From IMG/VR virus record IMGVR_UViG_2897369580_000002: 40,110 nucleotides of DNA. One strand, 5' to 3'. The translations under genes and the position numbers were made by a program. The number at the start of each line of letters is the position of its first letter. Positions within the stretch are counted from its first letter, which is position 1. Shown in pieces: positions 16,763 through 26,103 of the stretch. Origin of the DNA: a virus. Lineage: Duplodnaviria > Heunggongvirae > Uroviricota > Caudoviricetes. Below the pieces are notes generated by a model, which searched no databases, was not told the DNA's origin, and worked only from the letters and a program-made list of their open reading frames with translations.

Positions 16763-19233
16763 CAGAACCCACCAACAGTAAGGCGAGGAATAACGGCAAG
16801 AACAGACAGCGGCAACGGATCAAGCTGACGGATTTTTACACGTCCGTTTTTGCCCCAGTTACTGTCCAGTTTCACTTCTACTTTTCCGGTAGCATCATCA
16901 ACAGGATCATCGTAGAACTCGAATTCACGCTGTGGATATTCGTACCATTTGCCGCCGGGCGTAGTCGCCCAGATGCCGCGGCTGGCATTCACAACCAGAG
17001 TAACGGAGGGGATCACCTGTTTTTTGTCCAGCAGCGTTTCCTGTCCGTTAATGTTGATATCCAGTGTTTCGAATTCAGCAGTTATTGGCAGGCCGATGTG
17101 CACAACAGCCCCCGGAGATTCCAGCGTGACGGCACCTCCGGAAACAACTTTCTGTGGTTCCACGTTCGCATCAGAGAGAATGTTTACGGTCTGGCCTTCA
17201 AGATGAGACAGGCCTCCAAATGTCCGGCGCGCCATCTGCCAGTTCGTGGTGGCCACATTCCTGAGGGATGGCGGGACGTTCCTGTTAGCACGAACCACTA
17301 CAGCGGTGTTGCTGGTTACAGAAATAATGTCGCAACGTAATTCTTTTGACACTTCATCGCCAGTATCAGGATCAGTTCCGGTATAAGGGAACTGTAGTTG
17401 CGCACCGACATCACTACTGGTGAAGTACGCACCACCAGAAACACTGATTGTATATTCCTCGCGGTAATCCCATTCGCCAGAACCACCAGTGATGATCATC
17501 GTTCTGTCAGACGTATTTCTTCCATCATAGCTAAGGCCAGAATCAACAAAGAAAGCATCTTCATCGCTGGTAAATAAACGGCTGGACAGTCGCTCGATGT
17601 ATCTCACTGTTTGCCCGTTAACGGTTCGGTTAACGACGAAATACACCGCATCTTCATTGCCTTCACTGATACTGCATGTGCTTTCATATTTTCCGGTACT
17701 GGATTGTGGTGCCCATGCAAAAACCTGCTGATCACGCAAATAGGTCATCACCAGTAATTTACCGTCATCACGAATGCAGAAGGCGCTGGAGTAAGGGACA
17801 ATAGAGAAGCACCAGTCAACAATGCTGTGCTTCTGAAAAAGATGATTGGCAAGGATGGTCAGGTCGTTCCCCTGATAGCCGTCAACATCGAATGAGTAGG
17901 CCAGATCACGGACAACACTGCCTTTCTCCTGGACGAACAGAGCAATATTCGCCACGGCAATTGGTGGGACATTGCTCGAGCCATTTGATCCCTGAGAGCT
18001 GAATGCAAATGATGATGGGGTAAGCACTTTGTTCTGGTCGCCAGTGATGACGTACTCACCTCCGGAAGTCAGCGCCACCAGCGAACCAACATCAATCAGG
18101 TGACGGATCTCATTAACCTGACGCCCGGCATAGGTGTAGATAATTCTGTCGTCATCCTGCGTAGGGTTGCTTTTGCCAAAATCCTTATAATCCCCGGTAC
18201 GGCTGGCCCAGATAGTCTGAGGAAACGCAGTCGATGCGGCGAAGTAAAGACGTTGTTGATAATAAACAACAGTGCCAGGATAACCATTAACACTGTTCCA
18301 GGCATATTTAGCCCATTTATAGCTGGCATTATCCTCGCCAACTACCTGCGAAGGGATATAGGAAATCACCTCGGCAGTTGCAGTAGTTCCATTTGCAGCA
18401 GAGATACGGGCAATGCCAAAACCACTGTGCAGATACTCCCACTCAATGCCGGTATCATCATCACCGGATCCGCCCCAGCCATCCCATGATGTGCCTTCTG
18501 TATGCGAAGGGCGCAAAGTGCCTGTTTTGCCTACTGTAACGGCGCGATAGTAGTTACTGTCTGCACGGCGAATATCGCCAATTGACGTACTCTTACTGGT
18601 TTCCCATACCGGCACAGAATCCACTGCAGGCTGTTCCAGATAGAACAATTTGCCTACCTGCTCCGCGCCAAAAATAGAGGCGCTTGCCGTTAGCGTAATT
18701 GTCCCGGTGCTGGCGCTGGCATAAACCGTCACTGACTCGTCAATATTGATATCTTCAAATGGCCCGTTCTTCGTTACCACATCAACCAGTTGCCAGTTGT
18801 CATGCGCATAGCGGCGCAACTCTTTCGGCGGGTATGCCGGATGAACCAGCGTAAGCACGTCTGCGCTTTGCGTGAATTTAATTCGGAACAGATCGGCTTC
18901 AGTATATGGCGTGGAAATTTCATAAATAACATTGCTGCTGTTCAGCACCAACGCACCATCTTTGATAACGCGCATGTACTGGTGTCCGAACTCCAGAGCA
19001 TAAGTCTGAACCGTCGAGAACTGGAACGGGATCAGGCGGCATTTCCGATTTGGATATTTGGCGGCACCGACAAAACGCGTACCAGGTCGATTCTCAACGC
19101 CGCCATACTGCCGCACGATAAAGTTATCGCACTTGCGCAATGCCACCTGGTACTTCGCCATGTCGATACGTCCGTACAACGACGGTCCAATCTCACCACC
19201 AGCAAAGCTGGGCTGGATCCAACTGATAGCCAT
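16762..19233 (-). CDS. large virion structural protein (tail hub/tube candidate)
   Basis: 823-aa ORF, ATG overlapping upstream stop; position between head-completion genes and internal proteins. Confidence 0.5.
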   Translation of the reverse strand: MAISWIQPSFAGGEIGPSLYGRIDMAKYQVALRKCDNFIVRQYGGVENRPGTRFVGAAKYPNRKCRLIPFQFSTVQTYALEFGHQYMRVIKDGALVLNSSNVIYEISTPYTEADLFRIKFTQSADVLTLVHPAYPPKELRRYAHDNWQLVDVVTKNGPFEDINIDESVTVYASASTGTITLTASASIFGAEQVGKLFYLEQPAVDSVPVWETSKSTSIGDIRRADSNYYRAVTVGKTGTLRPSHTEGTSWDGWGGSGDDDTGIEWEYLHSGFGIARISAANGTTATAEVISYIPSQVVGEDNASYKWAKYAWNSVNGYPGTVVYYQQRLYFAASTAFPQTIWASRTGDYKDFGKSNPTQDDDRIIYTYAGRQVNEIRHLIDVGSLVALTSGGEYVITGDQNKVLTPSSFAFSSQGSNGSSNVPPIAVANIALFVQEKGSVVRDLAYSFDVDGYQGNDLTILANHLFQKHSIVDWCFSIVPYSSAFCIRDDGKLLVMTYLRDQQVFAWAPQSSTGKYESTCSISEGNEDAVYFVVNRTVNGQTVRYIERLSSRLFTSDEDAFFVDSGLSYDGRNTSDRTMIITGGSGEWDYREEYTISVSGGAYFTSSDVGAQLQFPYTGTDPDTGDEVSKELRCDIISVTSNTAVVVRANRNVPPSLRNVATTNWQMARRTFGGLSHLEGQTVNILSDANVEPQKVVSGGAVTLESPGAVVHIGLPITAEFETLDININGQETLLDKKQVIPSVTLVVNASRGIWATTPGGKWYEYPQREFEFYDDPVDDATGKVEVKLDSNWGKNGRVKIRQLDPLPLSVLAVIPRLTVGGF

Positions 19234-19838
19234 CAGGACAACCTCGCAATGGTAAACTCGTCAACCGGTGGCTGTGGTTCCTGTGATTCATTCTGGCTAT
19301 GCGAGCCAGCACTAAGAATCACGCGATTGTACATATTGAGGGCAAACGTACCGAGGTCTGCATTCCCAGTCAGCGCCATGTTAATAGCTGCCGCAAGACG
19401 CCAGGCCAACGCCTCCATAAAAATGGCATCAAACATGTTCACATCTGTAACGCGAGAGACATACTTGAGCCATGCCTGAGGCTGGTCTGTGTAGATCAAC
19501 TTTCCTGTTCCGTTGGTGTCTGCACCAACTTCGTACTGAACGCGCATTGCTGCTGTTGGATTGCGTACACCAGGAAGCATAATTTCAGTAATGCGCAGAC
19601 AATCTGACGGGTACTGGTACGCATATTCCCAGTCAGGCGGTGGATTGCTCGTATCTGCAAGCGCCACGCGTTTGGTAGCAAAGTTCCAGTCAAAATCAGA
19701 AAGCACAGTATCACGGCAGGCCTCAAAGTGCAGCGAACATTCCCCCGCTTCCTTGCTGGCTTCCGTCAGGCTGTTAATGCTGCGGCTGTTGCCAATATTG
19801 GACAGCGCACGATTACAGATCTCTACTACAGAGGCCAT
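19233..19838 (-). CDS. virion protein (head-tail adaptor candidate)
   Basis: ATG at 19838 with RBS GGAGGT (ORF-track start at 19841 is GTG); coupled to flanking genes. Confidence 0.45.
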   Translation of the reverse strand: MASVVEICNRALSNIGNSRSINSLTEASKEAGECSLHFEACRDTVLSDFDWNFATKRVALADTSNPPPDWEYAYQYPSDCLRITEIMLPGVRNPTAAMRVQYEVGADTNGTGKLIYTDQPQAWLKYVSRVTDVNMFDAIFMEALAWRLAAAINMALTGNADLGTFALNMYNRVILSAGSHSQNESQEPQPPVDEFTIARLS

Positions 19839-20161
19839 CACTCACCTCCGTTACCGTACAGAGTTTCAGCCGCTGATTTTTCTACATCCCCGGAAACAGG
19901 AGCGATCGCCATATCAGTGATCTGCAGATCGGCGCTGCGATTAACGCCATCGTCAGTTTCTCTGGCAGACAGGCCTCGGATAACAGCCTTTGCAGTTATC
20001 ATCACTTCTGTTCCGACGCCCTGAGGTTGCGCCTTCAGCTTATTCAATGTGTCGTTATTCAGCGTGATGCACAGCCCCCACGGGTATTCATCGCGAGTTC
20101 TGGTTTCTCCGCTCTCATCCTGGTAGCTGTCAGTGCCGGTTTTGAGGTTTACGAGTTCCAT
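19838..20161 (-). CDS. small virion-module protein
   Basis: ATG at 20161 with RBS AGGAG (ORF-track start at 20167 is GTG). Confidence 0.45.
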   Translation of the reverse strand: MELVNLKTGTDSYQDESGETRTRDEYPWGLCITLNNDTLNKLKAQPQGVGTEVMITAKAVIRGLSARETDDGVNRSADLQITDMAIAPVSGDVEKSAAETLYGNGGE

Positions 20162-20211
20162 ATACACTCCTGCAATAAAGGGGCCGAAGCCCCTTGTCTC
20201 ATCCGCGAGGC

Positions 20212-20547
20212 TTACACGCCCAGTTCTTTACGCTTATCTGCGATCTTCTCGCGGAGCGTTTCTGCTTTGGCGTTATGGTGTGGCTTCTCGTTAAAGAGCA
20301 ATTCGTACTCTTCACGGAGCTTATCCAGTTCACCATCATCTGACACATCGTTGATGATTTTGGTGCTGGTTGCTGCCATAGACACCTTTCCTGCTACCTT
20401 TGCTTTTGCCTGTCTGGCTGCATCGTTAACAGGTTCCAGTGCGCTACCAGGCTCACCTTCGTATTCGATTTCTGCCCCCTCCGGCCACAGAGTGTTATGG
20501 ATATGAGAGAGGCGCAGAACGCGGTATCTTGGTTTCTCACCTGACAT
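20212..20547 (-). CDS. hypothetical head-module protein
   Basis: ATG at 20547 with RBS AAGGTGA (ORF-track start at 20556 is GTG); charged protein. Confidence 0.45.
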   Translation of the reverse strand: MSGEKPRYRVLRLSHIHNTLWPEGAEIEYEGEPGSALEPVNDAARQAKAKVAGKVSMAATSTKIINDVSDDGELDKLREEYELLFNEKPHHNAKAETLREKIADKRKELGV

Positions 20548-20557
20548 CAATATCACC

Positions 20558-20995
20558 TTAACCAGTTACTTTTGAGCGGATCGGATACGGCGTATTGGCA
20601 TCAACATCAAGACTGATACCAGCAGTGAATTCGCCAGCCGTTAGTGGGCCAGTTGCGACGGAGTAGTTAACACGCAGATATCGCTGAACACCGGCAGGCA
20701 CCTTTGCAGAAACAACTCGTTTACCTGCTGTCAGGGCGGTCTTTGCCAGTGCGCCACTATCATAAATAGTGGTCCATGAGCTGTTATCCTCACTCGTCTG
20801 CAACTGGATGTTTACAGTTGCATCACCGCTTGCCGCGGCGGCTGTGTTAACCAGCGCCCAAAACTCAAGCGGGTAACCCACGCCGATATCACGACGTTTT
20901 CCGTCAATTGGACCGAGATCGATTACGTCAGTAGAAGCCGCGGTATTCGTAACCGCCTGAGCTTCGGAGAACATCAACAGTTTGTCGGTGATCAT
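20558..20995 (-). CDS. capsid-associated protein (decoration candidate)
   Basis: ATG with RBS GGAG; directly downstream of major capsid gene; 145 aa. Confidence 0.4.
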   Translation of the reverse strand: MITDKLLMFSEAQAVTNTAASTDVIDLGPIDGKRRDIGVGYPLEFWALVNTAAAASGDATVNIQLQTSEDNSSWTTIYDSGALAKTALTAGKRVVSAKVPAGVQRYLRVNYSVATGPLTAGEFTAGISLDVDANTPYPIRSKVTG

Positions 20996-21046
20996 CTTCT
21001 TTCTCCATTAGTGGGTCTGTTACGACCCACAGGTTAATAACAGGCG

Positions 21047-22039
21047 TTACACCACGCGGGCTTCTGTTTCCAGAAGCGCATCAGTCTCACGGATTGGTAC
21101 ACCACGGAATGAAGTCCACCACTCGCCTTCTGTCTCTTTTACGCTGATCGCCAGAGATGTTTTCTCCAGAGATTGCAGATCAAGCGCCTGGCCTACAGTG
21201 CGGTTCATGTAGAACACCGGGCTGCCCATGCCACGGTTTGGAATGCGATGCAGTGCTTTAACCATCAACTTCGCAATATTTGCTGCAGAGGAAGGTTCTG
21301 AAAGATTGCTGACATCGATGTTTGCAATGCGAACAACATAACGCCAGTCACGGAGAGCAAGCCCGTTGTCCCATTTGTAATGGGTACGGTAGCCTTCGTA
21401 CTTGCCGCCATCCGCATCTTTCAGTGTCACCTGGCCTTTATCTTCCATCTGGATGCCAGCCTTCTGCCCTTTCGGGAAGATGCCATGCACGGTGTTTTCG
21501 CCCCACACCACTAACCAGATTGAGGTGTTATCTGTACCCGTGCCACCAGCATCAATGATGTTCTGAGCATTACCCGCAGACAGGCTGGAATAGCGGGAGG
21601 ACAGTCCCATAAACTGCTGAGGGTTAACGCTGGAATCACCATAAAACAGCGTCTGCGCCATCTGCTGATTCATCGCTTCAATAAATGCGCGGTCTTCAGA
21701 CAGGCGGAATTCGGCGGTATTGCCGTTCAGATCAGCCAGTGACTTATCGACTTCAGCATAGGTTTCCAGCATGCCAACGGAATCGGTTACCTGCACTGTG
21801 GTTGATTTGCTTGGCTGTACGCCATAGTTCAGCAAACGCCAGGTAGCTGAAGGTAAACCAGAACGAATGGTGGTTCGGTGTCCGGTAGGAAGGTTCCCTT
21901 CGACAAAAGGCATATCCTGAAGGATCGGGTTAGTTTGACCGAGAAGCTCGATAATCTTATCGACTTTCCCGTTTGGATCGACGCGCTTACCCCAGTCAGC
22001 CAGCGTTAGCGCAGTTAAGCCTTTAACAGCCATTGTCAT
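21047..22039 (-). CDS. major capsid protein (HK97-fold candidate)
   Basis: 330 aa, ATG with RBS AGAGAGGAA; follows scaffold-like gene; order terminase-portal-scaffold-capsid. Confidence 0.75.
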   Translation of the reverse strand: MTMAVKGLTALTLADWGKRVDPNGKVDKIIELLGQTNPILQDMPFVEGNLPTGHRTTIRSGLPSATWRLLNYGVQPSKSTTVQVTDSVGMLETYAEVDKSLADLNGNTAEFRLSEDRAFIEAMNQQMAQTLFYGDSSVNPQQFMGLSSRYSSLSAGNAQNIIDAGGTGTDNTSIWLVVWGENTVHGIFPKGQKAGIQMEDKGQVTLKDADGGKYEGYRTHYKWDNGLALRDWRYVVRIANIDVSNLSEPSSAANIAKLMVKALHRIPNRGMGSPVFYMNRTVGQALDLQSLEKTSLAISVKETEGEWWTSFRGVPIRETDALLETEARVV

Positions 22040-22047
22040 TTCCTCTC

Positions 22048-22743
22048 TTATTTGCCATAGAGCACTTCGGCCGCACTACGCTGGCCTTCATTACCACCGG
22101 TGACCATGCCATCTTCAGACATCGCCTTTCCGATTTTCACGAACGTCTTGACCAGATCAGGGTGATTACCCAGTCCGGTGGTGTTCAGATATTCTTTGAG
22201 CTCAGGTGTCCCGAACTGGTCAAGCGCACGCTGCGCGGCGCTAAGGTTAGAAATCAACTTGTCGCCACCGATTTCTTTGTCAGCTTTTACATCCGCAGCC
22301 CACTGCTCGGTTGTTTTCTGCCAGGCTTCTGCCTGGCGCTGCTGAACACCTGCCAGAATCTTCGGATAAGCATCAACCAGCTTTTGCGCTTGCTCGTTGG
22401 TCAGGTTAAGTTCTCGCGCCACCGGCTCGAATTCCTTCAACGCTTCTGTATCCAGCTCTACGCCTTCGGCAGCCTGAAACTCGTACTTCTCAGGCGCACC
22501 CTCTGGTTTATCGCCGTCCTTTTTTTCATCCTGCTTATCGTTTTCAGGCTTTTTGTCATCAGCAGGTTTATCGCCATCAGCAACAGGTTGTGGCTTATCA
22601 CCTTCCTGTTGTGATGGATCACCAACTGGAGCAGGGTTATCACCTGCAGGAGCTGACGGTTCTGACGCAGCCGGAGCTGCTCCACCATCGACTGGTTGCT
22701 CATTGCAAAGACGGCTATACAGCAAACGCTCAAATAAATTCAT
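22048..22743 (-). CDS. scaffolding protein
   Basis: ATG at 22743 with RBS AGGAG (ORF-track start at 22749 is GTG); acidic low-complexity region with repeated GDKP; helical C-terminus. Confidence 0.65.
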   Translation of the reverse strand: MNLFERLLYSRLCNEQPVDGGAAPAASEPSAPAGDNPAPVGDPSQQEGDKPQPVADGDKPADDKKPENDKQDEKKDGDKPEGAPEKYEFQAAEGVELDTEALKEFEPVARELNLTNEQAQKLVDAYPKILAGVQQRQAEAWQKTTEQWAADVKADKEIGGDKLISNLSAAQRALDQFGTPELKEYLNTTGLGNHPDLVKTFVKIGKAMSEDGMVTGGNEGQRSAAEVLYGK

Positions 22744-22745
22744 GA

Positions 22746-23042
22746 TCACTCCTGTTCACTGGCCTCTTTGGCCATCTTCAAATACTGTTCAGGGCAATGC
22801 GCCATAACGCGCTGAAACAGTTCCAGCGCCAGATTGCGTTGCCCCTCATTAAATGCCATTGCCATAGCGTCCATCGGTGAGATAGCGGAAAACACACGGC
22901 CTTTCTCCAGCACCGACCAGACAACGCGACGCCCTTGTTCACTGCTCATGACAAAGCGAATGTCATCAATTTCACGCTGCGCCATGTCACGTTGCTTACG
23001 GGCGTTTTCTTCTTTCAGTTGATCGTCTTCGTAATCTGTCAT
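22746..23042 (-). CDS. hypothetical head-module protein
   Basis: ATG overlapping portal stop; 98 aa. Confidence 0.45.
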   Translation of the reverse strand: MTDYEDDQLKEENARKQRDMAQREIDDIRFVMSSEQGRRVVWSVLEKGRVFSAISPMDAMAMAFNEGQRNLALELFQRVMAHCPEQYLKMAKEASEQE

Positions 23043-24718
23043 TGTGATTGCCCACCCTGACCACTAACTGCATTCGCCATAGCTGTCAAAACACTCGGAT
23101 CCGAAGTTTTAGCTTCGCTTAGCGTCTTGGCACCCTGTGCCGCCGCCATCCCCACCGCCATCATTTGTTGTTGCTGTTGCTGCTGTGCCCGTTGCTGGCG
23201 AGCCTGCTCAACCTGTTCCTGCGGAACAATGACGGTTGGAGACACTCCGGACATATCAGCGAATGCATCGATCGCCTGATCAACGTTGAGTTTGTCGAGA
23301 GCTTCTGGTTTCGCTTGCGCAAGTTGACCAATGAAGTTAACCGTGGACGCCAGACTGGACAGGCCGATAGACTTCTGCGCCTGAGCCATGACGGAAATGT
23401 ATTCGACCTTCAGGGGCATACCTTCCATCACGTCTGGCGGTGGCGGCAGCATGTTTTTACGCACCATCATCGAGAAAGCGCGGTCAATGAGAGGATTAAG
23501 ACATTCGTCGTTCAGGCGCTCCAGAACCGGCCCCAACATCAGAAGTTTTTCTTCTTTCATTTCGATCACCGCTTCAACAGGCATCGAGCGGGTATTGATG
23601 TTCTGCAACATCATGAACAGATCGACAAAGTAGGCGCTGTTAATGATTTGACGAGTGTCCTGAATGTCTGCTACCAAATCTGCTGTACTGGGGTTAACCA
23701 GATAAGCAGGCCTGAAGCCATCCTGACCAGTAATCTGATCGATATACGTGATGTCGCCAGGAAGAAGGGAGGCGCGCTGATTCTTGAGGGAAGTCGGAGC
23801 AACCATCGGCGGATTGGTGGCTTTATCAATCAACTGCGACTTGCGCTTCTGGAGAAGCTGCAATGCCTTAACAGGTCCAAGCGCCAGCATACCCGGGCAT
23901 GATGATCCATAAACATCTTCGCCGTTAACTTCCCAGCGCGGAGCCATAATTGGAAACTCATCAAATCCGGACTCACGCAACAACTTGTCGTTATCGCCAC
24001 CAACCTCGTAATAAACCGATTTGAATGGCTTGTTCTTGCTATCCAGCTTCGATGTATCGCGGTCAATGTTCGGGTAAACCGAATGCATCACGTCAATCCA
24101 CTTCTCGTAGGTGCCGCTTTCCCACATGCTTTTTACGGATTCGCTGACGTTATTTAGCCCGAACTCCTGAACAAGCTGACGAACAGTCATAGAGAACTTG
24201 CGAAAACAGGTGTCCACACTGCCACGAGGTGAGTTAGCCAGGTAGTAACTGCCTATCGGGAATGGCATTGTGCGAATGATGTCCTCGTCATCCTCCAGCA
24301 CCGCCATTGCACCAGTGCTGTATGTGCCGAGGCTTCCGTATAACTGCGGAAGAGACTGGTAGAGATTCGACTTATTGAACATATCGTTCATGCGGTTCTG
24401 CACCGCCTCGAGCCACAACTTAACAGGACCATAATCCATCATTTCAGGATCTGGCGTAGCCAGGCGAAACCACGGACGCGCAGGGCTTGTGATGCCTGAC
24501 ATCATGCCGCTGGCGAGAGTGCGCGCCGCCATAGTCCCGGTCGAATCAATAATGCGTGTATTGCGTCGATCGTTACGGTTGACCTCAGAAGTCAGAAAGC
24601 GGGAACCACGCGGGTTGATGTAATCACTCAACTCGCGCCAGTGCGGCTCGAACGACTGACGCTCGCTTTCAAGTTGTGCGAACTGTTTGTTCAATCGCTC
24701 TTTAGTTGTTTCCGCCAT
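23039..24718 (-). CDS. portal protein
   Basis: 559 aa directly downstream of terminase region; poly-Gln tract near C-terminus; ATG with RBS GGAG. Confidence 0.8.
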   Translation of the reverse strand: MAETTKERLNKQFAQLESERQSFEPHWRELSDYINPRGSRFLTSEVNRNDRRNTRIIDSTGTMAARTLASGMMSGITSPARPWFRLATPDPEMMDYGPVKLWLEAVQNRMNDMFNKSNLYQSLPQLYGSLGTYSTGAMAVLEDDEDIIRTMPFPIGSYYLANSPRGSVDTCFRKFSMTVRQLVQEFGLNNVSESVKSMWESGTYEKWIDVMHSVYPNIDRDTSKLDSKNKPFKSVYYEVGGDNDKLLRESGFDEFPIMAPRWEVNGEDVYGSSCPGMLALGPVKALQLLQKRKSQLIDKATNPPMVAPTSLKNQRASLLPGDITYIDQITGQDGFRPAYLVNPSTADLVADIQDTRQIINSAYFVDLFMMLQNINTRSMPVEAVIEMKEEKLLMLGPVLERLNDECLNPLIDRAFSMMVRKNMLPPPPDVMEGMPLKVEYISVMAQAQKSIGLSSLASTVNFIGQLAQAKPEALDKLNVDQAIDAFADMSGVSPTVIVPQEQVEQARQQRAQQQQQQQMMAVGMAAAQGAKTLSEAKTSDPSVLTAMANAVSGQGGQSQ

Positions 24719-24732
24719 TTCAATGACTCCGG

Positions 24733-24939
24733 TTACTGACCAAGCAGCGTTTTACCGCTGGTATTAGCGGTTGATGTGTCGCCCTGAGAACCGGTAAGCA
24801 GCGTAGAACTACGACCAGCAGCAGCGCGACGGCGACGTGTTTCTTCGTCGCGGGCATCAACAACGGCGGCATCCTGCTCCTGTGGTGCTGCCTGAACTTC
24901 TGGTGTTGCAGGCACTGATGGTGAGCTACCCATGCACAT
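24733..24939 (-). CDS. small hydrophilic protein upstream of portal
   Basis: ATG; shares the 12-nt initiation-region sequence CGGAGTCATTGA with the portal gene. Confidence 0.35.
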   Translation of the reverse strand: MCMGSSPSVPATPEVQAAPQEQDAAVVDARDEETRRRRAAAGRSSTLLTGSQGDTSTANTSGKTLLGQ

Positions 24940-25029
24940 ATCAATGACTCCGTACGCAATTAAATTATTACCAATTTAACCACATATGATTTATTTATCG
25001 TAGAAGGTTGACATTTGACGCGCGAATTA

Positions 25030-25044
25030 TTACCTTTCAGGTAA
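25030..25044. promoter_or_regulatory. palindrome TTACC-N5-GGTAA (copy 4)
   Basis: ATTACCTTTCAGGTAAC at 25029-25045; TTGACA hexamer at 25008-25013 just upstream. Confidence 0.55.
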
Positions 25045-25366
25045 CTAAAGAGCTCATTCCGGCTACTAACCTGACTGGCTTGTCGTTAAATTGAACAGGT
25101 GGAGTGAGATTTTATTTTGAGCAGTACGGCGTATGGCACATGCGCCGATAGCGGTCTGGATACGTTTAAGGGGCACCCTCCCTTGCTCGGGCAAACGAAC
25201 CAGGTAGCCGGAATGTGCAAGTCGAGCGGTTTTATTCCGCGCACGGGGATTCACCATCCTGGCGATTCGGTGTGACGCCTCGGAAGAGACGAGAGTACAA
25301 CGATGAGAGCATTTATGGAGCCGCGACAAAGTGTGGCGCCTTAACAGGCTAAGTGCTCTCAGCGTT

Positions 25367-25443
25367 GTGGTATTAGCTCAGTTGGACAGAGCAACCGCCT
25401 TCTAAGCGGTTGGTCGCAGGTTCGAATCCTGCATGCCACGCCA
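25367..25443 (+). tRNA. tRNA-Arg (anticodon TCT), phage-encoded
   Basis: Hand-folded cloverleaf: acceptor GTGGTAT/ATGCCAC, D-arm GCTC..GAGC, anticodon stem ACCGC/GCGGT with loop CTTCTAA, T-arm GCAGG-TTCGAAT-CCTGC, discriminator G, encoded CCA. Confidence 0.9.
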
Positions 25444-25486
25444 GAATCACGCCTAAGGACCGTGATACCAGAAGTTCCAGGTGCTT

Positions 25487-25528
25487 GGCGGTGATGGTTT
25501 CCCTTGAAGGACTATCACCGCCCTTTTT
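25487..25528 (+). terminator. rho-independent terminator downstream of tRNA
   Basis: GGCGGTGAT ... ATCACCGCC stem followed by CTTTTT. Confidence 0.6.
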
Positions 25529-25606
25529 ACAGCAGGACGCCATTGCGATGACTTCATGCTGTAAACCCGTACAGCCACGGAAGGCATAACTCATTGCTTC
25601 CAGTTC

Positions 25607-25630
25607 GCCCGGTTCGCCGGGCATTTTTTT
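25607..25630 (+). terminator. terminator/attenuator hairpin immediately upstream of the 25642 gene
   Basis: GCCCGG-ttc-GCCGGGC followed by ATTTTTTT; RBS AAGGTGAG begins right after the T-run. Confidence 0.5.
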
Positions 25631-25641
25631 AAGGTGAGATT

Positions 25642-26013
25642 ATGAACGACCAGCAAATCGAAAAAGAAATCGTTGAGAAAGGCAAAACGGCACCGCGCGT
25701 TACGCCAGACCATATCGAAGGCATTATTGCTCAGGAGGCATATTTCACAGCAGAAGATGGTGCCTTTGGCAAAGCCATAAAAGCGAAACATACTGGCGGA
25801 GAGGTAAACTACCAGCCGCACGAATCACTTTCTCTGCTGACGTTCTGCGTCCTGGTGCTGCGCAACGGCTTCACCGTCACCGGAGAGAGCGCCTGTGCAA
25901 GCCAGGAAAACTTTGATGCAGAAATTGGTCGGAAGATTGCCCGGCAGAATGCTGTAAACAAAATCTGGATGCTCGAAGGTTACTTGCTGAAGCAGAAGCT
26001 AAGCGAGCAATAA
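25642..26013 (+). CDS. hypothetical phage protein (cargo gene between terminase and portal)
   Basis: ATG with RBS AAGGTGAG; 123 aa; opposite orientation to flanking late genes; own terminator. Confidence 0.6.
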   Translation: MNDQQIEKEIVEKGKTAPRVTPDHIEGIIAQEAYFTAEDGAFGKAIKAKHTGGEVNYQPHESLSLLTFCVLVLRNGFTVTGESACASQENFDAEIGRKIARQNAVNKIWMLEGYLLKQKLSEQ

Positions 26014-26019
26014 CACCGT
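26008..26019. repeat. 12-bp palindrome GTGACATGTCAC (copy B)
   Basis: Overlaps the stop codon of the 25642 gene; lies just beyond the 3' end of the terminase large-subunit gene. Confidence 0.7.
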
Positions 26020-26023
26020 GACA

Positions 26024-26050
26024 TGTCACAAACAGCCAGCCGATGAGCTG
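26024..26050 (+). terminator. rho-independent terminator
   Basis: AGCCAGC-cgatg-AGCTGGCT followed by TTGTTTT. Confidence 0.65.
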
Positions 26051-26103
26051 GCTTTGTTTTATCCTCATCAGAGGATATCAACGACATTATCCCCACCAGC
26101 GGA

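Noticed and set aside
23165-23902. 245-aa plus-strand ORF inside the portal gene
   Set aside because: Antisense shadow of the portal gene; no RBS.
25190-25210. TGCAAGTCGAGCGG resembling the start of 16S rRNA
   Set aside because: Only a short partial match with no flanking rRNA-like sequence; treated as coincidence within the tRNA leader region.
25066-25624. Minus-strand ORFs of 87 and 83 aa around the tRNA
   Set aside because: One overlaps the tRNA-Arg gene itself; neither has an RBS, and the translations are low-complexity.
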